A DNA stretch of 40,000 nucleotides. Source: an uncultured delta proteobacterium (GTDB taxonomy: Bacteria; Desulfobacterota; BSN033; UBA1163). The notes under the pieces are model-generated. The model made no database searches and was not told where the DNA came from. It saw only the letters and a list, made by a program, of their open reading frames with translations. Every line of letters starts with the position of its first letter. Positions within the stretch are counted from its first letter, which is position 1. The stretch lies in NCBI GenBank assembly GCA_963826305.1, contig CAWGWZ010000004.1, forward strand, positions 123,030 to 163,029, in the 5' to 3' direction. Position numbers and translations under genes: made by a program. Below are positions 1 through 7,982 of this stretch, piece after piece.

Positions 1-701
1 GTGGCAAATAAGGCCACCTCTGGATCATTTGTGGTGATAGCTCCTCCGTCTCCGTATCCCCCCAGGATTTTGAAGGGATAAAAGCTCCAGCATCCGGTCA
101 ATCCCCAAGCCCCTGCCTTCTTCCTCCCTCCTTCCCCGCTTTGAGCTTTCAGCCTTGAGCTTTCAGCTATCATGCTTGACCCTAAGCTCTGGCAGGCATC
201 CTCAACCACTACCAGGTTATATTTCTGGGCAATCTCCATGACCCGGACCATATCGGCGATGTAACCGTTGAGATGAACCGGCATAATTCCTTTGATTGCG
301 GATTTTCGATTGCGGATTGCGGATTCTAAAACCTCTTCGACTTTATTGGGATCAATGTTGAAATCTTTGCCCACATCTACGAGGACTGGCCTTGCCCCCG
401 CATTCACAATGGCTGAGGCCGAGGCCACAAATGTGTGCGCGGGTACGATTACTTCATCGCCTGGGCCAATCCCTGCGGCACGGAGCGAAAGGTGTAGCGC
501 ATCATAACCGCTATTTAAACCTACAGCATATTTTGTTCCGACAAAAGCGGCCAGATTCTCTTCAAACCGCTTCAACTGCGCCCTATCGATCAAATCGCCT
601 TTTTCCATTACCTCAAAATACGCCGCATCAAGCTCTTCTTTTATCATCTCATAGCTTCTTGACGGATTAACGAAGGGTACTTTATAGGTCAATGTTCTCA
701 C
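1..701 (-). CDS. DegT/DnrJ/EryC1/StrS-family PLP-dependent sugar aminotransferase, N-terminal ~230 codons (3' end runs off the left edge)
   Basis: Absent from the ORF track because there is no stop in the window. Hand translation of the minus strand is open from GTG 701 (or TTG 692) to base 1: VPFVNPSRSYEMIKEELDAAYFEVMEKGDLI..GLNSGYDALHLSLRAAGIGPGDEVIVPAHTFVASASAIVNAGARPVLVDV..MPVHLNG..VVEDACQSLG..CWSFYPFKILGGYGDGGAITTND. This is the family signature, including the YPxK lysine. The start overlaps the stop of 682..1632. Confidence 0.85.
   Translation of the reverse strand, partial: MRTLTYKVPFVNPSRSYEMIKEELDAAYFEVMEKGDLIDRAQLKRFEENLAAFVGTKYAVGLNSGYDALHLSLRAAGIGPGDEVIVPAHTFVASASAIVNAGARPVLVDVGKDFNIDPNKVEEVLESAIRNRKSAIKGIMPVHLNGYIADMVRVMEIAQKYNLVVVEDACQSLGSSMIAESSRLKAQSGEGGRKKAGAWGLTGCWSFYPFKILGGYGDGGAITTNDPEVALFA
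138..168. repeat. Heptamer array (AGCTSAA family) inside the DegT CDS
   Basis: GCTTTGA GCTTTCA GCCTTGA GCTTTCA GCT on the plus strand. Translated in frame as ..IAESSRLKAQS... Confidence 0.9.
294..328. repeat. Heptamer array (GATTGCG family) inside the DegT CDS
   Basis: GATTGCG GATTTTC GATTGCG GATTGCG GATTCTA. Translated in frame as ..LESAIRNRKSAIK... Confidence 0.9.
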
Positions 702-1632
702 CTTCCGAAGATTGAAATAATGCTCCTCGTGCCTTCTTCGCAATAGCTTCAGCGGAAAGCCCATAGAATGCTCTTAAATAATTCTGGTCACCCACTTCAC
801 ATGAAAATTCATCTCTGAGACCAATTCGGATAAGTGTTGCCTTTGGGCCGGAGAGTTCTGACAAACATTCAGCAACTGCCCCTCCCAATCCACCTATGAT
901 GCTGTGTTCTTCAACGGTAACAATGATCGGAGTCTCCTTCGCGGCCGCAAGAATTGCCGAATTATCTAAAGGCTTGACCGTGTGCATGCTTAGGACACGA
1001 GCATGGATGCCTTGTTGAATGAGATTATCTGCAGCGACTAAGGCGTTCTTCAACATTCCACCTGTTGCCATTATTGTGAGGTCACCGCCTTCACGTAAGG
1101 TGATCGCCCTTCCTAACCGAAACTCAATATTGGATTTGTGAACCGTTGGTTCGCCAGCCCTGCCTAATCGCAAATAGCATGGCCCTTCATGTGCGACGGC
1201 AGCGCGAGTCGCTAGTCCGGCTTCGACCGGGTCATTGGGGGCAAGCACTGTCATATTTGGCAGGGAACGCATGATGGCAATGTCTTCGGTAGCATGATGA
1301 GAAATACCTAAAGACCCATAGGCCATGCCTGCACCAACGGCAACAATCTTAACATTAGCGTTGTGATAGCAAACATCATTGCGGATCTGCTCCAAACAGC
1401 GGATTACAGGAAAATTGGCAATTGAATACGTGAAGACGATCTTGCCGCTCAAAGCCATTCCAGTCGCAAGCCCGGTCATGTTTTGCTCAGCTACACCTGC
1501 ATTAACAAATTGTTTTGGCAACTCTTGCATAAAGCGCGTAACGACACCAAAACCCAGGTCGCCAACGATAAGCGTGATCCGTTCATCCTGTTGGGCCAAC
1601 TCGAACAGAGTCTCAATGAAGGCAGTTCTCAC
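682..1632 (-). CDS. Transketolase family protein, C-terminal (pyrimidine-binding) subunit of a split transketolase
   Basis: 316-aa ORF with FVNAGVAEQNMTGLATGMA, YGSLGISHHATEDIAIMRSLPNMTV and EEHSIIGGLG. 4-nt overlap with the upstream N-terminal subunit gene. Confidence 0.9.
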   Translation of the reverse strand: MRTAFIETLFELAQQDERITLIVGDLGFGVVTRFMQELPKQFVNAGVAEQNMTGLATGMALSGKIVFTYSIANFPVIRCLEQIRNDVCYHNANVKIVAVGAGMAYGSLGISHHATEDIAIMRSLPNMTVLAPNDPVEAGLATRAAVAHEGPCYLRLGRAGEPTVHKSNIEFRLGRAITLREGGDLTIMATGGMLKNALVAADNLIQQGIHARVLSMHTVKPLDNSAILAAAKETPIIVTVEEHSIIGGLGGAVAECLSELSGPKATLIRIGLRDEFSCEVGDQNYLRAFYGLSAEAIAKKARGALFQSSEGENIDL

Positions 1633-2483
1633 TTCTTTGCCTCCAATTCAGCCAAAGCTGCCTCAAATTCCTCTCCTTGGGGTGAGCGATAATGCCAAAG
1701 AAGTTTATTTTCCATGAAGCTAACACCTTTTCCCTTAACAGTATGAGCGATGACACAACTTGGGCGCCCAAGTTCAAAGGGAACTGTGGAGAGTGTAGCT
1801 TCAATTTGCTCTAAATCGTGACCATCAATCTCCTTTACAGTCCAGCCAAAGGCGCGCCATTTATCAGCGAATGGATCTAAATCCATTACCTCTTTAACCG
1901 TGCCCAAGCTCTGAATCTTGTTATAATCTACGATAGCAATCAGGTTATCCAGCTTGTGCTGAGGGGCAAACAGAACGGCCTCCCAGGTGGAGCCTTCGTC
2001 GCATTCACCATCGCTGAGCAAGACAAAAATCCTATATGTCTTATCATCTCGTTTTGCTGCCAAAGCCATACCAGTCCCAAGAGAAAGCCCATGACCCAAT
2101 GATCCTGTGGAGACTTCGACACCCGGCACGTTCGTGTGAGTAACATGTCCAGCTAATAACGAGCCATTCTGATAGAATGTCTCCAGCCATTCCAACGGAA
2201 AGAACCCCCGTTCTGCTAATGTGGCATAGAAGGATGCACAACCGTGTCCTTTGCTTAGGATGAAGCGATCGCGACCTGGCCAGTTGGGGTTTTGAGAATC
2301 AATGGAGAGAATCTTACCATAAAGAACGGCAAGTAGTTCGGCTGCCGAGTAGTTTGTACCAATATGAGAGCTTTTTGCACGGTGGATCATCAGTAGTGTA
2401 TGGTAACGAATTCTGCGTACCAGTTGGCTAAGTTGTTCAATATCGGAGAGTGGATAACTCAGCTTCGATCTCAATGCGTTCAT
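1629..2483 (-). CDS. Transketolase, N-terminal thiamine-diphosphate-binding subunit
   Basis: 284-aa ORF with SKGHGCASFYATLAERGF, GSLGHGLSLGTGMA and LLSDGECDEGSTWEA (GDG..E.G ThDP motif). Translationally coupled to 682..1632. Confidence 0.9.
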   Translation of the reverse strand: MNALRSKLSYPLSDIEQLSQLVRRIRYHTLLMIHRAKSSHIGTNYSAAELLAVLYGKILSIDSQNPNWPGRDRFILSKGHGCASFYATLAERGFFPLEWLETFYQNGSLLAGHVTHTNVPGVEVSTGSLGHGLSLGTGMALAAKRDDKTYRIFVLLSDGECDEGSTWEAVLFAPQHKLDNLIAIVDYNKIQSLGTVKEVMDLDPFADKWRAFGWTVKEIDGHDLEQIEATLSTVPFELGRPSCVIAHTVKGKGVSFMENKLLWHYRSPQGEEFEAALAELEAKK

Positions 2484-3253
2484 TTCACAACGTCATATGC
2501 TAAATACGGATCCCACTCGAAGCGTCGCAACTCAAGCTTGTTAATACCGACGCTATCCAGCAATGCCTGAGTCTCTCCCGGCCAGATGGGGTTATCGAGT
2601 TCATCGAAGGCAATGACAGCACCTTTGGGCATTCGAGGCAAAAGGTTCTCAAGCGCCACTTTGGTCGGTTCATAGAGGTCAAAATCGAGGAAAAGGAGGC
2701 TTACAACAAGATGTGGGTTGTCTGCAATAAACTGAGGAATGGTTTGGGTTGCATCCCCGCAGATAAGATCTACCTTTTTTATATGACCCAAGAACCGGTC
2801 CTTGTCGTATTGCTCAATGAGTGCCTGCAGTTCCAGGTAAGAATTGGAATAGAATGCACCTTGCTCTGGTGCGGCAATTGGATTGGAATCCTTCTCGCTG
2901 ACGGCGGGAAACCCTTCAAAACTATCGAAACCGTAGATACGTCGCGTTAGGTTTTCAGGTTCCAACATTGCACTGAGCTTGGCCCACGCCATAAGACTAA
3001 ATCCCTTATAGACCCCACACTCCACCACCGACCCTTTAACGGGCAAAATAAGTTTAAAAATTTCATACATCGCAAGAAAACGTTTGAGATGTTGGCGGCG
3101 GACGTATTTGGTAAAGTTCTCAAGTTTGATCTCAACAGGATCAGGACAAGCATTAAAAATGCGCTCAATGTCCTTCGTAACCTCTTGCTCGACATCTGTC
3201 CTAAATTTTTTCATAGGATACCCGTTAACTTCAGTGTTTGAAAACCACCACAA
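2480..3253 (-). CDS. TylF/MycF-like SAM-dependent (sugar) O-methyltransferase
   Basis: ORF with VECGVYKGFSLMAWA, YGFDSFEGFP, LLFLDFDLYEPT and GAVIAFDE. The real start may be the internal Met at 3214 (MKKFRTD), which removes the overlap with 3231..3821. Confidence 0.75.
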   Translation of the reverse strand: MWWFSNTEVNGYPMKKFRTDVEQEVTKDIERIFNACPDPVEIKLENFTKYVRRQHLKRFLAMYEIFKLILPVKGSVVECGVYKGFSLMAWAKLSAMLEPENLTRRIYGFDSFEGFPAVSEKDSNPIAAPEQGAFYSNSYLELQALIEQYDKDRFLGHIKKVDLICGDATQTIPQFIADNPHLVVSLLFLDFDLYEPTKVALENLLPRMPKGAVIAFDELDNPIWPGETQALLDSVGINKLELRRFEWDPYLAYDVVK

Positions 3254-3821
3254 TCGTCTGAAGAATTATTTTAATATCACCCCAAAAAGAGCGCGCTTTT
3301 ACATATTGCAGACTGAGACGCATCTTTTGCGGGTGAATCTTTTCCATATAATCTTTATCTGGATCGGTGCTGCCTTTAAGGATTTCACTTTCATTTTCAA
3401 AACGCAACGAAGCAAAGTCCGTGATGCCGGGCCGGACATTCAATATTTGCCGCTCTTCCGGAGTATACAAATCTACCGCCCATTGGACCTGTGGTCGCGG
3501 TCCTACAAGACTCATGTCTCCTTTCAAGACATTAATTAACTGCGGCAACTCGTCCAATTTGTACTTACGCAGCAAGCTGCCAATCCTCATAATACGCGGG
3601 TCATCCTCCGGCGTTGAGGAAGGGCCTATCTCCTCCGCATCAATCGCCATTGTTCGAAGCTTGAAGATACGAAAGAGCTTGCCATCCCGGCCCACTCTGA
3701 CTCCACGATAAAAAACAGGTCCGCCATCTTCTCTCTTGATCAGAATGGCCAAGACTAACAAGATTAGGAACAAAACAATCAGTCCCAATAAGGAAAAAAC
3801 AATGTCAAATAGACGCTTCAT
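3231..3821 (-). CDS. Polyprenyl-phosphate sugar-1-phosphate transferase (bacterial sugar transferase family, small PglC/WbaP-C-type initiating enzyme)
   Basis: 196 aa with an N-terminal TM helix (IVFSLLGLIVLFLILLVLAILI), then KLRTMAIDAE and DELPQLINVLKGDMSLVGPRP, hallmarks of the family. Confidence 0.9.
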   Translation of the reverse strand: MKRLFDIVFSLLGLIVLFLILLVLAILIKREDGGPVFYRGVRVGRDGKLFRIFKLRTMAIDAEEIGPSSTPEDDPRIMRIGSLLRKYKLDELPQLINVLKGDMSLVGPRPQVQWAVDLYTPEERQILNVRPGITDFASLRFENESEILKGSTDPDKDYMEKIHPQKMRLSLQYVKARSFWGDIKIILQTIVVVFKH

Positions 3822-3955
3822 TTCCTTCGCTTCAATTCACCCCCGAATAAAGCTCCTTTCCAGATAAAAACCTTAACAGTGCGTGGGGCAATTTAAGGAC
3901 TGAACTTACATCAGAAGACTGAGTTGTCAAAAAATCGGATTAATCCCGCTTCGAC

Positions 3956-4211
3956 TCAGTCTCTCTCAATGTTATCGATGAGAGCCTTGATCTCACGGAT
4001 AAGCACGGGAAGATTAGGTTGGCTAAAACTGCACTCCGGTGCGGGAATGCGATTGTTCTCTGATGTTTGGCTGAATATGTTTATGGTGAGGATACGTGCT
4101 CTGCAACGCCGGGTCATTTGGATGGGGCTGTGCATCGTACCAATATACCTTCTCCTTGCCTCGCCAGACTTCGTAGCCACGCTCGTCGATGGTGCGCAGG
4201 GGGTTATTCAT
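3956..4211 (-). pseudogene. DUF6516-like small protein (WYD..PH....YPHHKH motif), split by a 1-nt frameshift near 4058-4066
   Basis: ORF 4023..4211 ends ..YPHHKHIQPNIREQSHS.. and ORF 3956..4180 in another frame continues ..ENNRIPAPECSFSQPNLPVLIREIKALIDNIERD. Joined, they give one family-like protein. Family assignment is from memory only. Confidence 0.5.
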
Positions 4212-4480
4212 GAAGCTTCGTGGACCAGGCCTGTGAGGCTGGGGATATTCTTCTGCAGCCGCTGCACTTCATTCCTGTAATCGGCCTGGCGAGCAAGCCA
4301 TGTCCGATAAACACTCGCCCACTCTCCGAAATCCAGTACCCAGGCATCGTTTTCCGGCTCTTCTCCGCTTACGTAAGCCGCATAGAAAGTCTCTGAGCGG
4401 GCCCCAAACTTACGTTCAAAAGCCAGAAGGTCTTCCTCCAGTGCATGGATATCCGCCAGAATTTCTTGAAGTTTCATCAC
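4208..4480 (-). CDS. Hypothetical 90-aa helical protein, upstream partner (ATGA overlap) of the DUF6516-like gene; putative antitoxin-like component
   Basis: ORF MMKLQEILADIHALEEDLLAFERKFGARSETFYAAYVSGE... with a 4-nt overlap with 3956..4211. No family recognised with certainty. Confidence 0.5.
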   Translation of the reverse strand: MMKLQEILADIHALEEDLLAFERKFGARSETFYAAYVSGEEPENDAWVLDFGEWASVYRTWLARQADYRNEVQRLQKNIPSLTGLVHEAS

Positions 4481-4606
4481 AGACCTCCATTTACATTTTA
4501 CCGCAGTCGCGTCTTCCTTTCAAGCACATTAGCATTCCAGCTAATGGGTTATCTGGTGAAAGTTGACTGAGGAATTCAATAAAATGTCCAAGGTCTCTAT
4601 TATCCG

Positions 4607-5401
4607 TTACTTTTCCCCTACCGCGTAAAAAATCTTGAACTCTCTATTCACCCGATCCACTGGAATCTCCACGGGAGGCTCGTAGGGTGCCATACCCTCA
4701 GTAATTTCGCTCGGGAGAGAAATAAGTTTTCCCATGAAAATCCTCTTCAAATAGGCTCTTGATTTTAGGCTTCCTGGGATGAGCTTAAGCTTCACAGCAA
4801 ATCTTTTAATCAGAGATGTAATTTCACCTCTTGTTCCTATCTGGTCCACAGGAAAACCGCCGTACAATTTAACTTCTCTGAAACTCGACCTCGTCAATGC
4901 GCAGAGCTCTGGAACAGAAAAATACCGGTAAGTGTATGGGGATGGATGAAAGTCCTCCCAATCTTTATTTACGGTACAAATAATCAGCATTCCATTTCTT
5001 CTCAGAACCCTCGCCGCTTCAGCAATACATTTTTCAGGCTCTTTAAGGTAATAAATGGCCTCATAGAGAAGGGCCAGATCAAAGCTGCCGGAAGAAAGGG
5101 GCAGATGATGGCCATCCATTAGGTCAATGGTAATGTTCGGCCTGTTTTTATAAAATTGCTTTGCCAGAGAAACGTTTTTTTCTTCGATATCCCCCCCAAC
5201 CACTTTCTTTGCAAACCTTGCCACATATCCCAGACCAAGCCCAGCTCCACAACCAATTTCCAGAACATCTTTATCTGCTACCAAATCTTTTGCGAATTGA
5301 TATCGCTGGTAAAGCCTCGCTAACTGTTCTTTGGTCGCCTTTAACCCTGGCACCTCTGTAATACTTGAATAATCAGGAGCTTCAGCGAGCCTAACCACCA
5401 C
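4607..5401 (-). CDS. Class I SAM-dependent methyltransferase (5' end probably extends to ATG 5505 but is broken by a frameshift at the T5/A5 run 5449-5453)
   Basis: Motif I VLEIGCGAGLGLGYVA, then LPLSSGSFDLALLYEAIYYL and LRRNGMLIICT. The same frame is open upstream (..YGRGRKRTFLFGVYYAVSGNAKVV) without a start. MKLAEKSGLSKFSMAVGEKG.. starts at 5505 in another frame. Confidence 0.8.
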   Translation of the reverse strand: MVVRLAEAPDYSSITEVPGLKATKEQLARLYQRYQFAKDLVADKDVLEIGCGAGLGLGYVARFAKKVVGGDIEEKNVSLAKQFYKNRPNITIDLMDGHHLPLSSGSFDLALLYEAIYYLKEPEKCIAEAARVLRRNGMLIICTVNKDWEDFHPSPYTYRYFSVPELCALTRSSFREVKLYGGFPVDQIGTRGEITSLIKRFAVKLKLIPGSLKSRAYLKRIFMGKLISLPSEITEGMAPYEPPVEIPVDRVNREFKIFYAVGEK

Positions 5402-5616
5402 TTTCGCATTCCCACTTACAGCGTAATATACCCCGAATAGAAATGTCCTTTTTCTCCCACGGCCATAGAAAACTTTGAAAGCCCTGACTTCTCAGCCAAT
5501 TTCATCTTGTACACAGTGCTGCGTAGGCTCCGTAATGAAAATATTACCTTTTTCTTCTTTGATAAATGGCCAGAATTGCCAAAAGAAGCAAGAAAACAAT
5601 CAAGTTACCAGGGACC

Positions 5617-5805
5617 TTATTGCCAATACGCGTCAACATTTGTACATCTCACAGCAGAAATTACCGCTACATCATAAGCTAAGACCTGAAAGAGAACCTC
5701 GGGATTCAAAAACAAATCATCTCTGTTTCTATCCCTTTTACAACGTTCTTCATACCACTTCTTGGTCTCTTTTTCTAAAAGCTCCCTCTGTTCTGCGGTT
5801 GACAT
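5617..5805 (-). pseudogene. Probable N-terminal remnant of another methyltransferase-like gene
   Basis: 62-aa ORF ..RDDLFLNPEVLFQVLAYDVAVISAVR.. resembles the pre-motif-I N-terminus of some class I methyltransferases. No SAM-binding domain follows. Confidence 0.3.
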
Positions 5806-5838
5806 AGCCTAACCGTATCCCTCTGCTTTCTTAATTCC

Positions 5839-7950
5839 TCAGGCGACCGCTCTCTCCTCCGAAAGCGATTTTGGCCACATTAACTTAATGAGTCCCCATA
5901 AGGAACCGAGTCCGTAGCTCAAATGCAATATTCCAAAGACAAATGGCATAAACACCATATACCTGAGATTTTTTTCTTCTAAAGCAATCCAACCTGAAAA
6001 ACGAAGAGCCATTAAGATGTAACTGCTAAGAGAAAATAACCAAACCCACCTAAAAACAGGGTAAAACAAAGATAGAATGATAGAAGAGAGAATTCCCGCA
6101 ACAAAAAAAAGAGGCACTACGTGTCGCAAGGAAAAAATAATCCTTCGGAACTTCAGGGGATAGGTAACCCAGAACCCATTGTCAAAGTTATGTTTAATAA
6201 AGCTAACCATATCTGATCTCGCGTAATAATAAGTTTTAATCTCCGGAACCAAAAGTATCTTGCCACCCGCTTTTCTTATTTTTGAGTTAAGTGCGATGTC
6301 TTCACTTCTTGCAATATTCTCATCATAAACCCCTATCCTGTAAAATAAGTCTTTTCTATAGCACCCAGAATATGCAGTATCTGCCAACATTGGCTTCCCA
6401 AAGTGTAGTCTATGGCGTGAGCCGCCGACACCAAACCACCGCGATAACGAGAGAGCAATCGCTTTCCCGAAAGTAGTATTATCTCTTGGCATCGCAATCT
6501 GCCGCCCTCCCACATTATCTACATCATATCGGTCCAGGAACATCACACATTTAGGTATGTAATCTCTTTCGTACACCGTATGGGCATCTATCTTCATAAT
6601 AATTTCGTACTTCGCATTTCTGATTCCAATATTCATGGCCGCGGGGATGATTCTCTTGGGGTTTTCTAAAAGCCTTATGAATGGAAATTTTCCCACATAG
6701 TCCCTGACAATGTTCTTCGTCCCGTCATTACTCATCCCGTCAACAATCAGAACTTCAAGCTTCTCCTTTGGATACTCGCTTGAAAGGATCGAATCGAGGC
6801 ACTTCCCAATGAATTTCTCTTCATTCAAACATGGAATAATAGCCGAAACAAATGGAAAATCCTTTATTCCGGAACGCACTACGAGGTCTTTTCTCTTTAT
6901 CCCCTCCATTTCCCCGATCGCCCTATTTCTCAAAGATCGTTGAGGCCATAACAGTTTCACCACACCCCATAAAGAGCCAAGACCGTAACCCGTATGTAAA
7001 ATCAAAAAAATCAAAGGCATAATAAACAAGTACCTCAAATCTCTCTTCGTTAAACTGATTTTAGCGGAAAAATAAAGACTCCCTAAAGCATATAAACCTA
7101 ATATCAGCACGAAAAACCATATAAATCCTCCACAGAAAAATGCTAAAAACGCGGAACAAATTAGACTTAGAATAAATGCAAGCGGTGCAATGTGCCTCAA
7201 GCTTAGCAAAATGTAGCTGGAGAATTTAATAGCATAGATTGCCCAGAAACCATTGACCAAATTATTTTTTAAGAACGATTTGAGATCAGATTTAGCGTAA
7301 TAATAGCTTAAAATCTCTGGAACGAGGAGTATTTTATATCCTGAAAGCCTCATTCTAAAGTTAAACTCCATGTCCTGACTTCTTGCTAATTTTTCATTAA
7401 ACAGCCCGATTTTCTTAAACACTTCTTTTTTGCAGCAAAAGAAAGGTACAGTGTCGACATATCGAAGTTCATTGGAGGGAAGTCTATAGTAAGCATTTCC
7501 AACCCCAAATGGACAAGATAAAGCAGCAACTATTGCTTCACCTGCAAACGTACCATCTGTCGGTAGTATTCTCCATATGCCACCTACATCATCAGAATCA
7601 TATTCATTCAAATATTTCACACACTTCGATATATAGCTTCGATCATAAGCTGCATGTGCATCCATCCTCATAATAATTACGCCTTTTGCATCCTTAATGC
7701 CAATATTAAGTGCTGCAGGAGTAATCTTCTTAGGATTGTCAAGACATCTCACAAAGGCATACCCCTTTTCATAATTTTCAAGTAACTTCCTCGTCCTGTC
7801 CTCACTCATCCCATCAATAATTAAGATCTCAAGTTTGTCTTTCGGATAATCGTTCGCAATGATGGAATCGAGGCATTTTGCAATGAATCTTTCTTCGTTG
7901 CGGCAGGGAACTATAACAGTCACAAAGGGAAAATCATCCATACTTTTCAC
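5839..7950 (-). CDS. Family-2 glycosyltransferase, head-to-tail fusion of two paralogous GT2+TM modules (703 aa)
   Basis: Two homologous halves. Residues ~1-345: DFPFVTVIVPCRNEERFIAKCLDSI..DGMSEDRT..MDAHAAY..GLGSLWGVVKLLWP. Residues ~355-703: DFPFVSAIIPCLNEEKFIGKCLDSI..DGMSNDGT..IDAHTVY..GLGSLWGLIKLMWP. Each half has C-terminal TM helices. Confidence 0.9.
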   Translation of the reverse strand: MKSMDDFPFVTVIVPCRNEERFIAKCLDSIIANDYPKDKLEILIIDGMSEDRTRKLLENYEKGYAFVRCLDNPKKITPAALNIGIKDAKGVIIMRMDAHAAYDRSYISKCVKYLNEYDSDDVGGIWRILPTDGTFAGEAIVAALSCPFGVGNAYYRLPSNELRYVDTVPFFCCKKEVFKKIGLFNEKLARSQDMEFNFRMRLSGYKILLVPEILSYYYAKSDLKSFLKNNLVNGFWAIYAIKFSSYILLSLRHIAPLAFILSLICSAFLAFFCGGFIWFFVLILGLYALGSLYFSAKISLTKRDLRYLFIMPLIFLILHTGYGLGSLWGVVKLLWPQRSLRNRAIGEMEGIKRKDLVVRSGIKDFPFVSAIIPCLNEEKFIGKCLDSILSSEYPKEKLEVLIVDGMSNDGTKNIVRDYVGKFPFIRLLENPKRIIPAAMNIGIRNAKYEIIMKIDAHTVYERDYIPKCVMFLDRYDVDNVGGRQIAMPRDNTTFGKAIALSLSRWFGVGGSRHRLHFGKPMLADTAYSGCYRKDLFYRIGVYDENIARSEDIALNSKIRKAGGKILLVPEIKTYYYARSDMVSFIKHNFDNGFWVTYPLKFRRIIFSLRHVVPLFFVAGILSSIILSLFYPVFRWVWLFSLSSYILMALRFSGWIALEEKNLRYMVFMPFVFGILHLSYGLGSLWGLIKLMWPKSLSEERAVA

Positions 7951-7982
7951 AGGGTGAGCTTGCTCGAAAATAATGAAATAGG

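Noticed and set aside
682-2483. Two adjacent transketolase ORFs as a split pseudogene
   Set aside because: An N-terminal ThDP-binding subunit and a C-terminal subunit with a 4-nt overlap is the normal two-gene arrangement of this subfamily. Both are full length for their type.
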